From assembly GCF_021869535.1 (NCBI RefSeq), contig NW_026262734.1:81654001-81718000 (forward strand): 64,000 nucleotides of DNA. Reading direction: 5' to 3'. How positions within the stretch are numbered: position 1 is the first letter of the stretch; each line of letters opens with the position of its first letter. Made by a program: the position numbers and the translations under genes. A model generated the notes under the pieces. The model had not been told where the DNA came from, did not search any database, and saw only the letters and a list, made by a program, of their open reading frames with translations. Below are positions 52,653-64,000 of this stretch, one piece after another. Origin of the DNA: Mytilus californianus. Its lineage: Eukaryota.

Positions 52653-55107
52653 CTGTAATAAAACAATAATCATTAAGCTATAGATAAGGAACAATGTTTG
52701 TTTTGTTTACAGCTAATCGGGAAACAGCGAGACTTAAGAAGAGCAATCAAATGTAAAAAGGCACATAAGCGTATGAATAAAAACAAATATGGATATCAAC
52801 AAACATACAGAATGATTCCACAATCCAACCACATAAAATAACCAAATGATATCTAGTAGTCAAAAGGCGTGAGTTCAATAAGGGACAAGTGTGTTTTCAG
52901 TATCTCAGGCTCATATGGTCTTGCCTGAGACTATGGTATGTACGTAAAACATATATAAACAAAAATAACAAACTCAAACGCAAATTACAAAAGGGGGCAG
53001 GCCAATAGACATGACAATTCAATGCTTGACTATATTTAGCCAACTCAGCGACTAGAAAACAACTGTCATATTCCTAATTTATTGCACACATATTTTCTAA
53101 GAAAAGGGTGGGTTAAACCTGGTTTTATAGCTAGTTTTTACTTCCTACTTGTATGACAGTTGTATATAGTCCCGTATAAATTTGCAACCTTTCGGCATGA
53201 CTTTCGAAATGTGTCTAAATATCGAAAAAAATATATTTTATTTAACTTTCATATTTCTCAATATATATTCAATCGGAGTCAGACAAAAAATGGTAAAATG
53301 TAAAAATTGTATCTAAAAATTGCAAAAAAATCAAAATCAAAATTGGTATTTCTGATATTTCTAAGATTCCTATCCTATGTGTACAGATATATATATATAT
53401 ATATATTCGATTACAGTCAGTCAAACTGATTGGGAAATGTAAAACTTGTATTTAAAAATTGCAAGAAAAACAAAATGAAATCATTACGCTTCAAATCGCT
53501 ATTTCTGATATTTCTGGGAATCCTGTCCTACGTCATGTTATATTTATTTGTAGTGCATTTTTCCTGCAAATAGTATGTGCATTGTAACGGAAATTTTGTT
53601 ATTGAATATACAAATTTACTGGAGTGACTTAATTTTTGTTGTATAAATCATTCAAATATGTGCCATGTTTTCATAACAGTGAAATACCAAATTTTATATG
53701 CGCGATTCACGTTATTTATGGCCCTTTTCTCACAATGTATGCACCAATCGATGAATGTTATCTAATAAAAAAGAATTAATTGACTCCTTTATAAAATTTT
53801 TAGATATAAAAGGGGAATTTCAGGGACAATAACGGTACCTTTTTTCAAAGTAATTGGTTGCGACTTTCCCCATTGTGAACGTTGCATTTCCTTCTAGCAG
53901 CGTTTCAGTGGCGCCTATATATAGAATATATATATCTCCAATATGATACACTATTCAAGAGCTTGTGTCATTTATCATGATTTCCTGAATAGATAGTTTG
54001 TTACACGAGAAATATTATACCGAGGGATCCCAATGGTAGAATTAAAGTAAACCCCGATATCATCGTCAAATATGAAAGCCGGGATATTCATGTCGTTCTT
54101 GTTTCCCCCGCTCTGACTTCAACAAAAAGACTACCGTCACCACAAATAACCATGAATAAAAACATTAATATATAACTTGAGACAATCACTAACTGTGTCA
54201 GGTTACTCTCGTGGGACATGGACAAATTAATGTTTATCAATATCCATGATAATGATTATGATAATGATAATATAAAAAAGGAATTTTGCTATAATATTTG
54301 TGAATGAAGAAAGATATAATGGTTATTTTTCTCTCTTTTGTAAATATATTTTACATCGATTGTGAAATTTCGGCTTTCCAAAACTAGGGTTTGTCCCTAT
54401 ATGCTTACCAGGTAAATGAAAACTACGAATTACTCACAAGAAACATTGTTGACGCCAGCATTATGATTTGTTTACACATCTTCAGTTCTGTACAAGGATT
54501 TATTTCATCTGAAAAAGGACAAAATCTCCAAGTCATTGCACATAACGTTTATATTTGTATTTAACAAAATAATGATCTCGTATTAATTTTATGTTTGCAC
54601 ATAGTCATATTTAGGAAAACGGTACAGTATAACAAAATGAAACCGGTATTTCAAGAGTAAAAGTTTGTAAATTCTGATTTAAACTGAGAGGCGACATGAG
54701 ACAGCTTTAACTCTTCTTAACAATCTTTTTGAAAAATTACCGATGGAAATAGAGGGAGCGCAACCTATCGATGATATTTGCTTTCCACATGACACGAGCT
54801 CTGAAAAAAAATAATATGATGCATACTTATTCTTTCATGAGCTAAGAATGCAAAATACTATATATATTCACTATGAAATTACAAATGATATACTGTCCGT
54901 TTTTGACTTATATTCAACCATTTGTTTCCAAGTACTTCGTTTTTATTTTGGAAACGTGATAAAAGCAGTCAAGGGTTCAAGATAACGTGAATGAATTGAA
55001 ATGAATTCGCATAGTTTCATTTCACGTCGTTGTTTTGAATAATTGGCGTCTGTTTGGAATGTGTTGAATTTGTTGAAATGCGAAAGCTTCTGCTTTTTCT
55101 CTCTTAC

Positions 55108-55190
55108 CATTATTAAACAATATATTAGAAACAATGACAGACACGGATTACAACTAAAGGAAGAAACGGTTGGGTTCTGTATTTGTATAT
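55108..55190 (-). CDS. Probable upstream exon of the TNFR-like gene (hydrophobic, signal-like end)
   Basis: gagcag|IQIQNPTVSSFSCNPCLSLFLIYCLIM|gtaaga. The phase-0 end matches the 52652 acceptor. Start codon not identified. Confidence 0.45.
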
Positions 55191-55739
55191 CTGCTCAATA
55201 ATTATCGTTAAGGTAGGTTTTGGTGCTTCTATAATACAGTCACAAAACTGATGCAAACGAATATGCATAAAATCGAAAGAATTTTTTTCTATCAACATTA
55301 ATTTTTTGTCTTCGAATAATTATGTTGATTCCTTTTTGTGTATCTTTTCCCTCTCTTTTGTAGCTATTAAGCATCATTTAATGTACTTTTAGACATTTTG
55401 TCAACTTAAAATTTTGTCTGATCGGTTGTCAGGTGGAATTTTTGAAAGTTAAAAAAAAACACGAGAAAAATCTAATGAACTATTTCGTGGAAGGGCAGAC
55501 TAAACCGTTTCAAAGTTTTAACACCAATTACCCTACATAACACGCACATAAAATGATAAGTTATGCATCAAACTGATCTACACGTAAACTCTGCAGTCAA
55601 GGGCTTTCAGTAAACATTTGATAGAGTGCTTATGAACGAAGTATTCGACTTTTCTTTCTTTTAGTACATTTAATAAATAAGATAATTCGTGTGCCTAAAT
55701 TTTGATTGAATAATAAGAGAACGAAAATAAAGTTATTTT

Positions 55740-56219
55740 GTATTTACATTGGATCATAGGTCAAATTTATTTGTTCAGTGTTTGTTCACTGGTGTTTATA
55801 TGTCCTTTGATTGAGTTAAGCCATTTCAGTTGATATTTTATAGTGTGTCTTTCTATGTTGTGATGTTACATTATTGTTTCAGATAAGGGTGAAGGTTTGG
55901 TACCATTCAAACGTTTAAACCCGCTGCATTTGTTTGCACCTGTCCTAAGTCAGGAATCTGATGTTCAGTAGTTGTCGTTTGTTGATGTGGTTCATAAGTG
56001 TTTCTCGTTCCTCGTTTTTTATATAGATTAGACCGTTGGTTTTCCCGTTTGAAAGGTTTTACACTAGTAATTTTTTGGGCCCTTTATAGCTTACTGTTCG
56101 GTGTGAGCCAAGGCTCCGTGTTGAAGACCGTACTGTGACCTATAATGATTTACCTTTATAAATTTTGACTTGGATGGAGAGTTGTCTCATTGGCACTCAT
56201 ACCACACCTTCTTATATCT
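55740..56219 (+). mobile_element. 3'-terminal fragment of Naiad subfamily 1
   Basis: Near-identical to ~49025-49502. Confidence 0.85.
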
Positions 56220-56539
56220 AATTAAGAAATACATATCGAATTTTAACATTTGTAGTAAGACCAAAATTAACCAACCCCAAGAGAGATATTTATTTACAAG
56301 AAAGTGAAATGGAAAGAGATCAAAGCCGATGTTGTTAAATTAGGCTCGGATATCATCAATAGTAACACATCTGTTAAGACAAATGAACCAACCTATAAAA
56401 AAGTATAGATACAATACTAAATATCAATGTACCAAAGAAATAAATAAATACGAGATATAGTTTACCGTGGTTATCAAACACTGTGAAAAAGAAAATTATG
56501 AGGAAACACAAACTGTTTTAGAAAGTTAAAAAGACAGGA

Positions 56540-57790
56540 AATCCTAAAGATTATGTAAATTTCACACCATAAAGGCGAGCCATCTAAAAAGCTGTACGAC
56601 AACCTCATTGTCAACATGTCAACAAGGTACTTGATACGGTACAAGAGAAAGGCAAAAGTAAACATTTCTGGCGATACGATAAGTCAAAACATACTGATAA
56701 CATAGGTGTAGCTGCAAATAAAATTAAACGGAATACTATACATGGACAGCAAAACTAAGACCGAGCTATTAAACGAACAAGTTAAGTCAGTCTTAACCAA
56801 GGAAAGCGCGTCAGTCCTATTAACACAAACACAGAAATCGAAATATCCCAGTCTTTAAAACATAAACATAGATGTTCAAAGAGTTGAAAAACTTCTGAAA
56901 AACTTAAATACCAATAAAGCTAGTGGACCAGAAGGCATTTCAAAGAAAGGACTACATCTGTGTTCAATAGCTCTAGAAGAAACTCATATGTTCCAAATTC
57001 AGGCAAACTTCCATCTCACTGGAGAAATGCGAACATTAGCCCGATAATAAACAAAAGTTGATAGACAGCTACATTTTATCGACCTGTATCGCTTTCATGT
57101 GTTTGCTGTAAACTTCTTGAACACATATTGTGCAAACCTATCCTAAACCACATAGAAAGAAATAATATACCTACCTCACTTCAACACGGCTTCCGTAGTG
57201 GCCATTCCTGTTAAAGTCAGCTTTTTTGAACGATGCACGACATCATGATATATTTCGATGCCAAGAAGCAAATTGATCTTATAATACTTGATACTTGTAA
57301 GACATTCGAAACCGTGCCTCACCGAAAACTACTACATAAACCAAACAAAAACCATGGCATAGCTGGTAACACAATTGTGTTATGTGGGTAATCATTCCTA
57401 AAGAAAGATATGAACCGTAGAGAGAGCATTCAACGAAGGTCGGCTAGGCTCGTATGCAAAGACCTAAGGCGCACTAGAAGTATCACTTCCATGATGGAGG
57501 ACCTTATGTAGCAGGAATAGGAGAAAAGCGTTTTGTACTACTGTACAAGTAGTGAACGATCTGGTAGCCATCCCCTTTGAAAATCATATTGAATTAAATA
57601 ACATACCATCAAGAACTACAAACTAAAAACAACTGATAATTTTATCAGCAAATACTGACATTTACAAACATTCTATTTTTCCACAAACTATAAACGATTG
57701 GAACTCATTATCAAACAGTGCAAACAAATGTATAACAATGGTAAGTTTTAAGGCAGTCAAATCGCAAGTCCAATTGAAACTATGGCGCAC
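56540..57790 (+). mobile_element. Decayed CR1/L2-type LINE RT remnant with internal deletion
   Basis: Fragments read LNTNKASGPEGI, W.NANISPI, YRPVSLSCVCCKLLEHI, QHGFRSGHSC, KTFETVPHRKL, IQRRSAR, and HSIFPQTINDWNSL. Confidence 0.85.
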
Positions 57791-58739
57791 AAACACATCA
57801 TTTCGAGTTGTATACAAATACAAAAGACGAAGCTTTTTTTTTATTATTCGAACACACCAACTCTGTTTTTAAGAATAACTAAAAAGGTATTTCGCTTTAT
57901 CCGTATACTTCATTTCTTTGTACATTGAATGTTTAATGTTAATATATCAATATGTAGCATATATAAAAATACGTTTTCAAGACAAAATAGACAAAACGCT
58001 TGAACATAAAAAGGTGTATCTGACTTTCTTTTTTCGTTGAAATTATTGCCCATTTTTTGGTAGGAGTTTTTCCCTAGTAACTGTTGGCAGGGCAAAGATG
58101 CAAATTAATGTTTTAAAAAGATTATTTTTCTTTGGAATTATGTTTCGGCGAAATTTATGCTTATGCCAAAAAATAAATCCACATGTATTTGCACCTTCCA
58201 TAATTGGCTGTTGTGTGATAATTTGTCTTTAATTCAAACTTAACAAATATCTCGAAACTCCATATTATAATATCAATTTAAGTACAAACACGTATATGAG
58301 ATGCACAAAAATCCTGAACTATAGACCTAGATTTAATTTTTTTAAAGTCCATAGAAACAGATGTACACAATTCAAAAATACCAGCTTGGCCATTATACCT
58401 TCTCTAATAAAGAGTTCTATTTCATTTGTTTAAACTCAACTGGATATCAGTTGTTGTAATGTTGTGTGCAAAAAGGGTGTAGGAAATTCTATGTTATACC
58501 ACGGTTCAGATAAACGCTTTTGTTGACAATATCACTGAATTCATCAAAATGAGGTCTGATGAATTGTTTCAAAAAAATGAATTTCATATGTAAGAGGTTA
58601 TTATTTCATTTTATTTATTCAAAATTTAGCGCAAAAAAAAGGTGAATTTGCTATATCAAGTCAATAGCTTTGTTGACTTTTGAAGCTCTAACTGTCTTTG
58701 CTTTAAATACTTTAGTCAGAATCAGAAATCCATATGGGT

Positions 58740-59305
58740 TTATTGTTTTTCTGAAATTGTTTAACATTTCACAGCGGTATAACATGTTACTTTAATTATT
58801 CTTCCCTCAGTTTATTTATTTTGTATTTGCATTGTATCATAGATCAAATTTATTTGTTCAGTGTACGTTCACCGGTGTTAATGTGTCTTTTGATTGAGTT
58901 AAGCCATTTCAATCAATATTTTATAGTGTGTTTTTCTATGTTGTGATGTTTCACTATTGTTTCAGATAAGGTTGAAGTTTTGGTACCATTAAAACGTTTA
59001 AACCCGCTGCAATTGTTTGCACCTGTCCTAAGTCAGGAATCTGATGTTCAGTAGTTGTCGTTTGTTGATGTGGTTCATAAGTGTTTCTCGTTCCTCGTTT
59101 TTTATATAGATTAGACCGTTGGTTTTCCCGTTTGAATGGTTTTACACTAGTAATTTTTGGGACCCTTTATAGCTTGCTGTTCGGTGTGATCCAAGGCTCC
59201 GTGTTGAAGACCGTACTTTGACCTATAATGGTTTACTTTTATAAATTTTGACTTGGATGGAGAGTTGTCTCATTGGCACTCATACCACATCTTCTATTAT
59301 CTATA
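58740..59305 (+). mobile_element. 3'-terminal fragment of Naiad subfamily 1
   Basis: Near-identical to ~48950-49502. Confidence 0.85.
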
Positions 59306-62300
59306 TTATGTTAACTCCCTTTAAATTAACCCCTAATAACAAACATCGCATTTCTTCACAAAATTATACCACACACTTTAATTGGAAGCTGGAGTGGAAT
59401 GGTGATAACTAAACAAATTAGTTTAACACAATTATACTGTATGTTCATGATCCTTTTCTAAGTCAGGATCCTCGTTGTTTGTTGTCCTGAGTTATATTTT
59501 TGATGATTTGAATTGTCTTTTAAGAATTCATATTATATTTGTTAACTTTATGTCACTACTTTTACAGAATCCGGGCTTGTCATATGAAATATACGTTTGT
59601 TTGTTTGTTTGTTTGTTTGTTTTTTGTATTTTTTTTTAAGAATAAAGGCATTGTTCCTTACATTACAACTTTAAATGTTTAAAGCTAATATAGAAATTTA
59701 AAAACTCAAATGTTATATATCGAAAACAATATGTGAGTAGTAAAAATGGAATGAAATAAATTCTAAATCAAAAGTAATAATGTAGCTATGTATATGTCCT
59801 GGAAGTTATTTGACTCACAAAATGCGGATTGAGAAAAAACCAGAACATAAGTAAATACAATGTAGCTATATATAAACGTACCTGATTTTTAGTAAAGACT
59901 TGCATATCCATGGATAATTGATACAAGTTTTAATGTTTGTTTATTCGTGTATGTAATCTTCCCACGAAAAAGTTGATTTAACTCGTTATTTAATGAATGT
60001 AGCATCAAAATATAATTATAAGGATTGATGTTTCTTTTTGTAGATTTAAAGGGTTGTAAATAAAGGCAACAGTAGTATACCGGTATAAACGTGATAATCG
60101 TGTCCACAGTTTTAGTGTGAAGCTCGGAATTGTTTTGTTATTCAACCATTTAATATAGTTTTAGTTCACCTGGATAACACATTCTTGAGTAAAGTTTTGT
60201 ACTGTGTAATTGGAATGTTTTCTACAGTACGGGTGCATTTGTACATATGTTGCAGTTCTTAGCTAAGCTTACAGGAAGACCTAACAACAGAAACGACTAT
60301 AGGTCTTTGTTTGATTATGTTGATGGCTTATAAATTTATAAGTAAAACTTTTATAAGTTTTGATACTTCATTCTGAATGCGCACATAAAATCAGTGTTAA
60401 AAACAATAAAAAAGTTAAATAATCAATTAAATACACTTTAAATTCAGCAATTGTTAGAATAGAACTATAAAATATTGAACACAATGTGTGGTACGAAACC
60501 ATTAGCCGCATATACTGACTTCATACTTTAACTAACAATGTACCCAGGTAATCAAAATTATAAAACATTTACTTCTTTAAATCAAAAAGTCTCAATTGAC
60601 ATAAATTAAACATGAATAGTTTGATAACTCTTTTTATCACTAACATGTACACAGCTTGCTATCAATTCAATATAAAACAGTATAACTATTTAAACAGGGA
60701 ACCAGTTTATAAAACAGGTAAATAAAGCGTCCTTATAGAAGAAGTGTATTTCATATTTTCTGATTAAAATCTACAATTAAAACATGATTAAAGTTTTATA
60801 AAGAATTTGTTACTTAAATTTTCCATTTGCTATGACACAATAACTTTAAATTCCCTATTTAACGTACAGTAACTGGACACTTTACAATAGTATACATGTT
60901 TAATTGTGACGCACAGAAACAGTATTTACAAAGTATTTTAAACATGTAATTGATGATATTTAAGAATAAAATCAAACAACTGAAATACATGAACACACAT
61001 GATATATACAAAATGTTTTTTAAATCTATTTTACCTTTTTATTAGCTGTGCTTAACATTGTTCAACTTCATTACACATATATGTTTATTTATGAATACAT
61101 CATTATCTGTTCAACATACCACTAGTCATAATTGTACACTATACGAATAAGATATACATAGCTCAACTGACTTTAAAAGAAAAGTATGTGTTTACTGCTG
61201 TTAGACTTATGATACCACATAAATTAGTAAAATATAAATACTTTTGATCATTATACAAATACAAACAAGCTTTACTTAAAGTCGGTTTAAACTACTTTTT
61301 CAAAATACATAGACATTTTTATACTAAACGTGCTTTGATAAGGTATTGGATAAAAATATATCACAACATTGATTTTGTCAGTTTTTATAGACTTTCCCTT
61401 TTTAAATACGCAATGAAGTTTAGTATTTGTTTAAAACTTTTATAGACACATAGCTATGATAGTCAAGGAATAATAAAATGAATTCAGTACGAGAGTGTGG
61501 AAATTAGCAATATTAGAAGGATAAGGTATATGCTAGTTACGTAGCAAGTGACATGGTGAACAAGGTAATGTGCATATTTTGAACATCAGGGATTGTGGTA
61601 GAATTACAAGTGAGAAAAGTAGTGATTTTGATAAATTTTTACTAAGATTGGGGTTTCAATGAAGCATCAGACTATCACTTGCACACTATTCTAGTTAAGA
61701 GTACATATTGAAAAAAGCTTTTGATATGAAACAAAAGAATGGATTTGAACATTTCCTGTTAATTCAGAATACTGAAATGTAGCATGATCGCATTTGGATT
61801 TGTGAAGTGATAATATCAGTTTAAACATTGGAAAGTAGTTGACGGTGTATGATTTATTAATACTGTGTACAAAGAGAGTGGTAATGGTGATATGTATAAA
61901 TTTTAGTTATGTACATAAAACACACTATATAGAAAAGCGAAGTCTCACTAAAACGAACCTTACAAAAAAACACCCGGTTGTGCTTATCTTAAATGGGAAA
62001 GCTGTGATTTCAACATCAACACGAGATTGTGACTACGTTCCTGAAACAGATGCATGGTCAATTGTGACATGACCATTCCTTATCGTCATATCAGCGCGCA
62101 ATAAAACTTTTCGAGGGATGGCAACAACTCAATGGCTTCCTAGTGAGCAGCAAACCTTAGCGAAAACATCATAAGACACAAGCCTTCATCAACGAGCAAA
62201 ACCCAATAAACATTTTGTAGTAAGTAAGCTTTAAAAAGCCCTGTATAAAACAAAAACCGAAAAACATATATAACAGCGATCAACGACAAACACTGAATGA

Positions 62301-63405
62301 AAATTCATGGAATGGGATTGGCACAAACAGAATGAGGCATGCTGAAACATTTTTAAAATCTTTGTAATTAAATAAAAAAAAAAAAAAAATCTTCAAAAAC
62401 AAATTAAAAATAATCATACATATACATATTTAATACAAAAAGCAAAATTTCAGAAGTTAAGTTGACATGCACAGCACGTTGACCGTCAATAACATATTCT
62501 GCTTGTTCCCATTATTGTTTTTTTTTTTCAAATAGAAAACTATTGAATCTAATGAACAATCTTAAAAGGTGCACAATTATACTATATATAGTCGATTTTA
62601 AGGAAAATAACTAGGAATATTCCATTGGAATCAACCACTCAGTGGCGAGGATGAATTCGGTATGACGGTAACTTCACATAAAGAATAAAAAAATTTTGAA
62701 ATACTGTGGACATACAAAAATGTCAACCGATGAAAATAATGATCGAGGTGGTTTAGATCTTTTTTAAAATGAAAATAACAATTTATCAATTTCGTGCGTC
62801 CGAAGAATAATTGTGGATTTACCTTCACCAGAAACGCTCAAGTCTTAACTATAAAGATGCTAAGAATATATAAGACATGAGAACGTGACTAGCGATATTA
62901 CAAAAAGGCAACTAAAAAGGTAGTCTTATTCATCTAAGATCAATTTAACATATTGCATATCATTTGACTGTTCGATCGTTATAATCTGTATGTTGCCCTA
63001 TACATGTCTTATAATTATTGTTGTCGTTGGGTTGCATTATCATTAAATTATAACCTACATCTCCTTCTATCCCTATTTAAATGTCTGCATAATGGCAAAA
63101 TTTATATAATATTGTTAGAAAAACAAAAAACAAGTCTGATGAAAGCAAGACGTGATTGTTTGCATTTGCATGAGTAATATACTATTAATTCATTGATAAA
63201 TGATCGCTGGATAAAACAGATATGGAGTCAGAAATCTAAATTCCCTTTCTTTTTAGATATTAAAAAATGCGACATACTACATCATAACGATACATCCAAC
63301 AACAAAAGGGAAAAAAGTTGGACAATTAGGATTTTTATATATTCTTTTCCATTTCCATTGATTTCTTTTCTCATCAATTATGATTGTTTGGTCGATAACT
63401 TGCAT

Positions 63406-64000
63406 CTATTCTGAAAGATGTTTACTTTTGTTTATGTCGGAGATGTGGCAGTAGGAAGTCTTGTCGACTAAAGTATTGTTCCGGTGAAGGTAGCTTGCTC
63501 GGTCATACGTGCAATCTACTGAAATTTCATAACCCGAAGCGTCCTCTTCTATTGGCGGATAGGTACTGCATAAACTTTGATCTACTATACAATTATATTT
63601 TTTCGTAGACGGAATTGCATTTTGGCTTTGTTCGTCCTTATGACTGGATTCCTTTGTACCAAGACTGGTAAATGGGTGTTGGTAACAGGCCAGAGTTTCG
63701 TTACAATTTGTTATACTTTCAGAACTGGACGAGTCATAGTCTTTTTCAAGATTAGAACTAAATGTAATGGGAAGTAATATGCTGTCCAAATGACTATCGT
63801 CGATGCTTTCGTATAGGCATTCATGGAGTTCCAAAGTTTCTTGTGTTGTGTGTTCTTCTGCTTTACCACCACTTTCTTCGACAGTGTTTTTGCATTTTGA
63901 TTTCGAAAGACATCTACGTTTCTTGACACAGTTTGAAATTCCTAAGATTCCTAGTAAAACAATAATCCCAGATAAGGCTCCACAGAATAGGATTAGTAGT
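63406..64000 (-). CDS. Terminal exon of the right receptor paralog (5'-partial): TM helix plus Tyr-rich cytoplasmic tail
   Basis: Open from the window edge: LLILFCGALSGIIVLLGILGISNCVKKRRCLSKSK...CLYESIDD...KKYNCIVDQSLCSTY...GYEISV...TSYCHI...LSE*. Clearly paralogous to 1385-1680. Confidence 0.85.
   Translation of the reverse strand, partial: LLILFCGALSGIIVLLGILGISNCVKKRRCLSKSKCKNTVEESGGKAEEHTTQETLELHECLYESIDDSHLDSILLPITFSSNLEKDYDSSSSESITNCNETLACYQHPFTSLGTKESSHKDEQSQNAIPSTKKYNCIVDQSLCSTYPPIEEDASGYEISVDCTYDRASYLHRNNTLVDKTSYCHISDINKSKHLSE

Noticed and set aside
53868-53880. GCGACTTTCCCC as an NF-kB site
   Set aside because: One mismatch to the consensus and a single short hit in 64 kb; not distinguishable from chance.

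Overview
AT-rich eukaryotic DNA, most likely from a mytilid bivalve (inferred from the repeat families and gene types, not verified). The ORF track misses most of the structure because genes are split into small exons. On the minus strand is a cluster of immune-type genes, mostly damaged: an EGF-like/stalk/TM/Tyr-tail receptor (about 1230-8608), a secreted coiled-coil C1qDC-type pseudo-exon (22151-23052), a multi-exon Cys-rich TNFR-like receptor (about 28450-55190) whose ectodomain exons are intact but which stops just before its TM segment, and the last exon of a paralog of the first receptor (63406-64000). The most striking element is a 5'-truncated Naiad-type Penelope-like retroelement (45757-49502, +). 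Its only in-frame stops are two UGA codons at conserved Cys positions, and its 3' UTR folds into a canonical SECIS, so it appears to be a selenoprotein-encoding retrotransposon. Two other Naiad subfamilies in the window carry SECIS-like or decayed SECIS hairpins. Also present: a ~10 kb hAT-type element with an 8-bp TSD, a minimal type I hammerhead ribozyme, a Helentron-borne ~180-bp tandem array, TA-flanked MITEs, SINE remnants and a CR1/L2-type LINE remnant.
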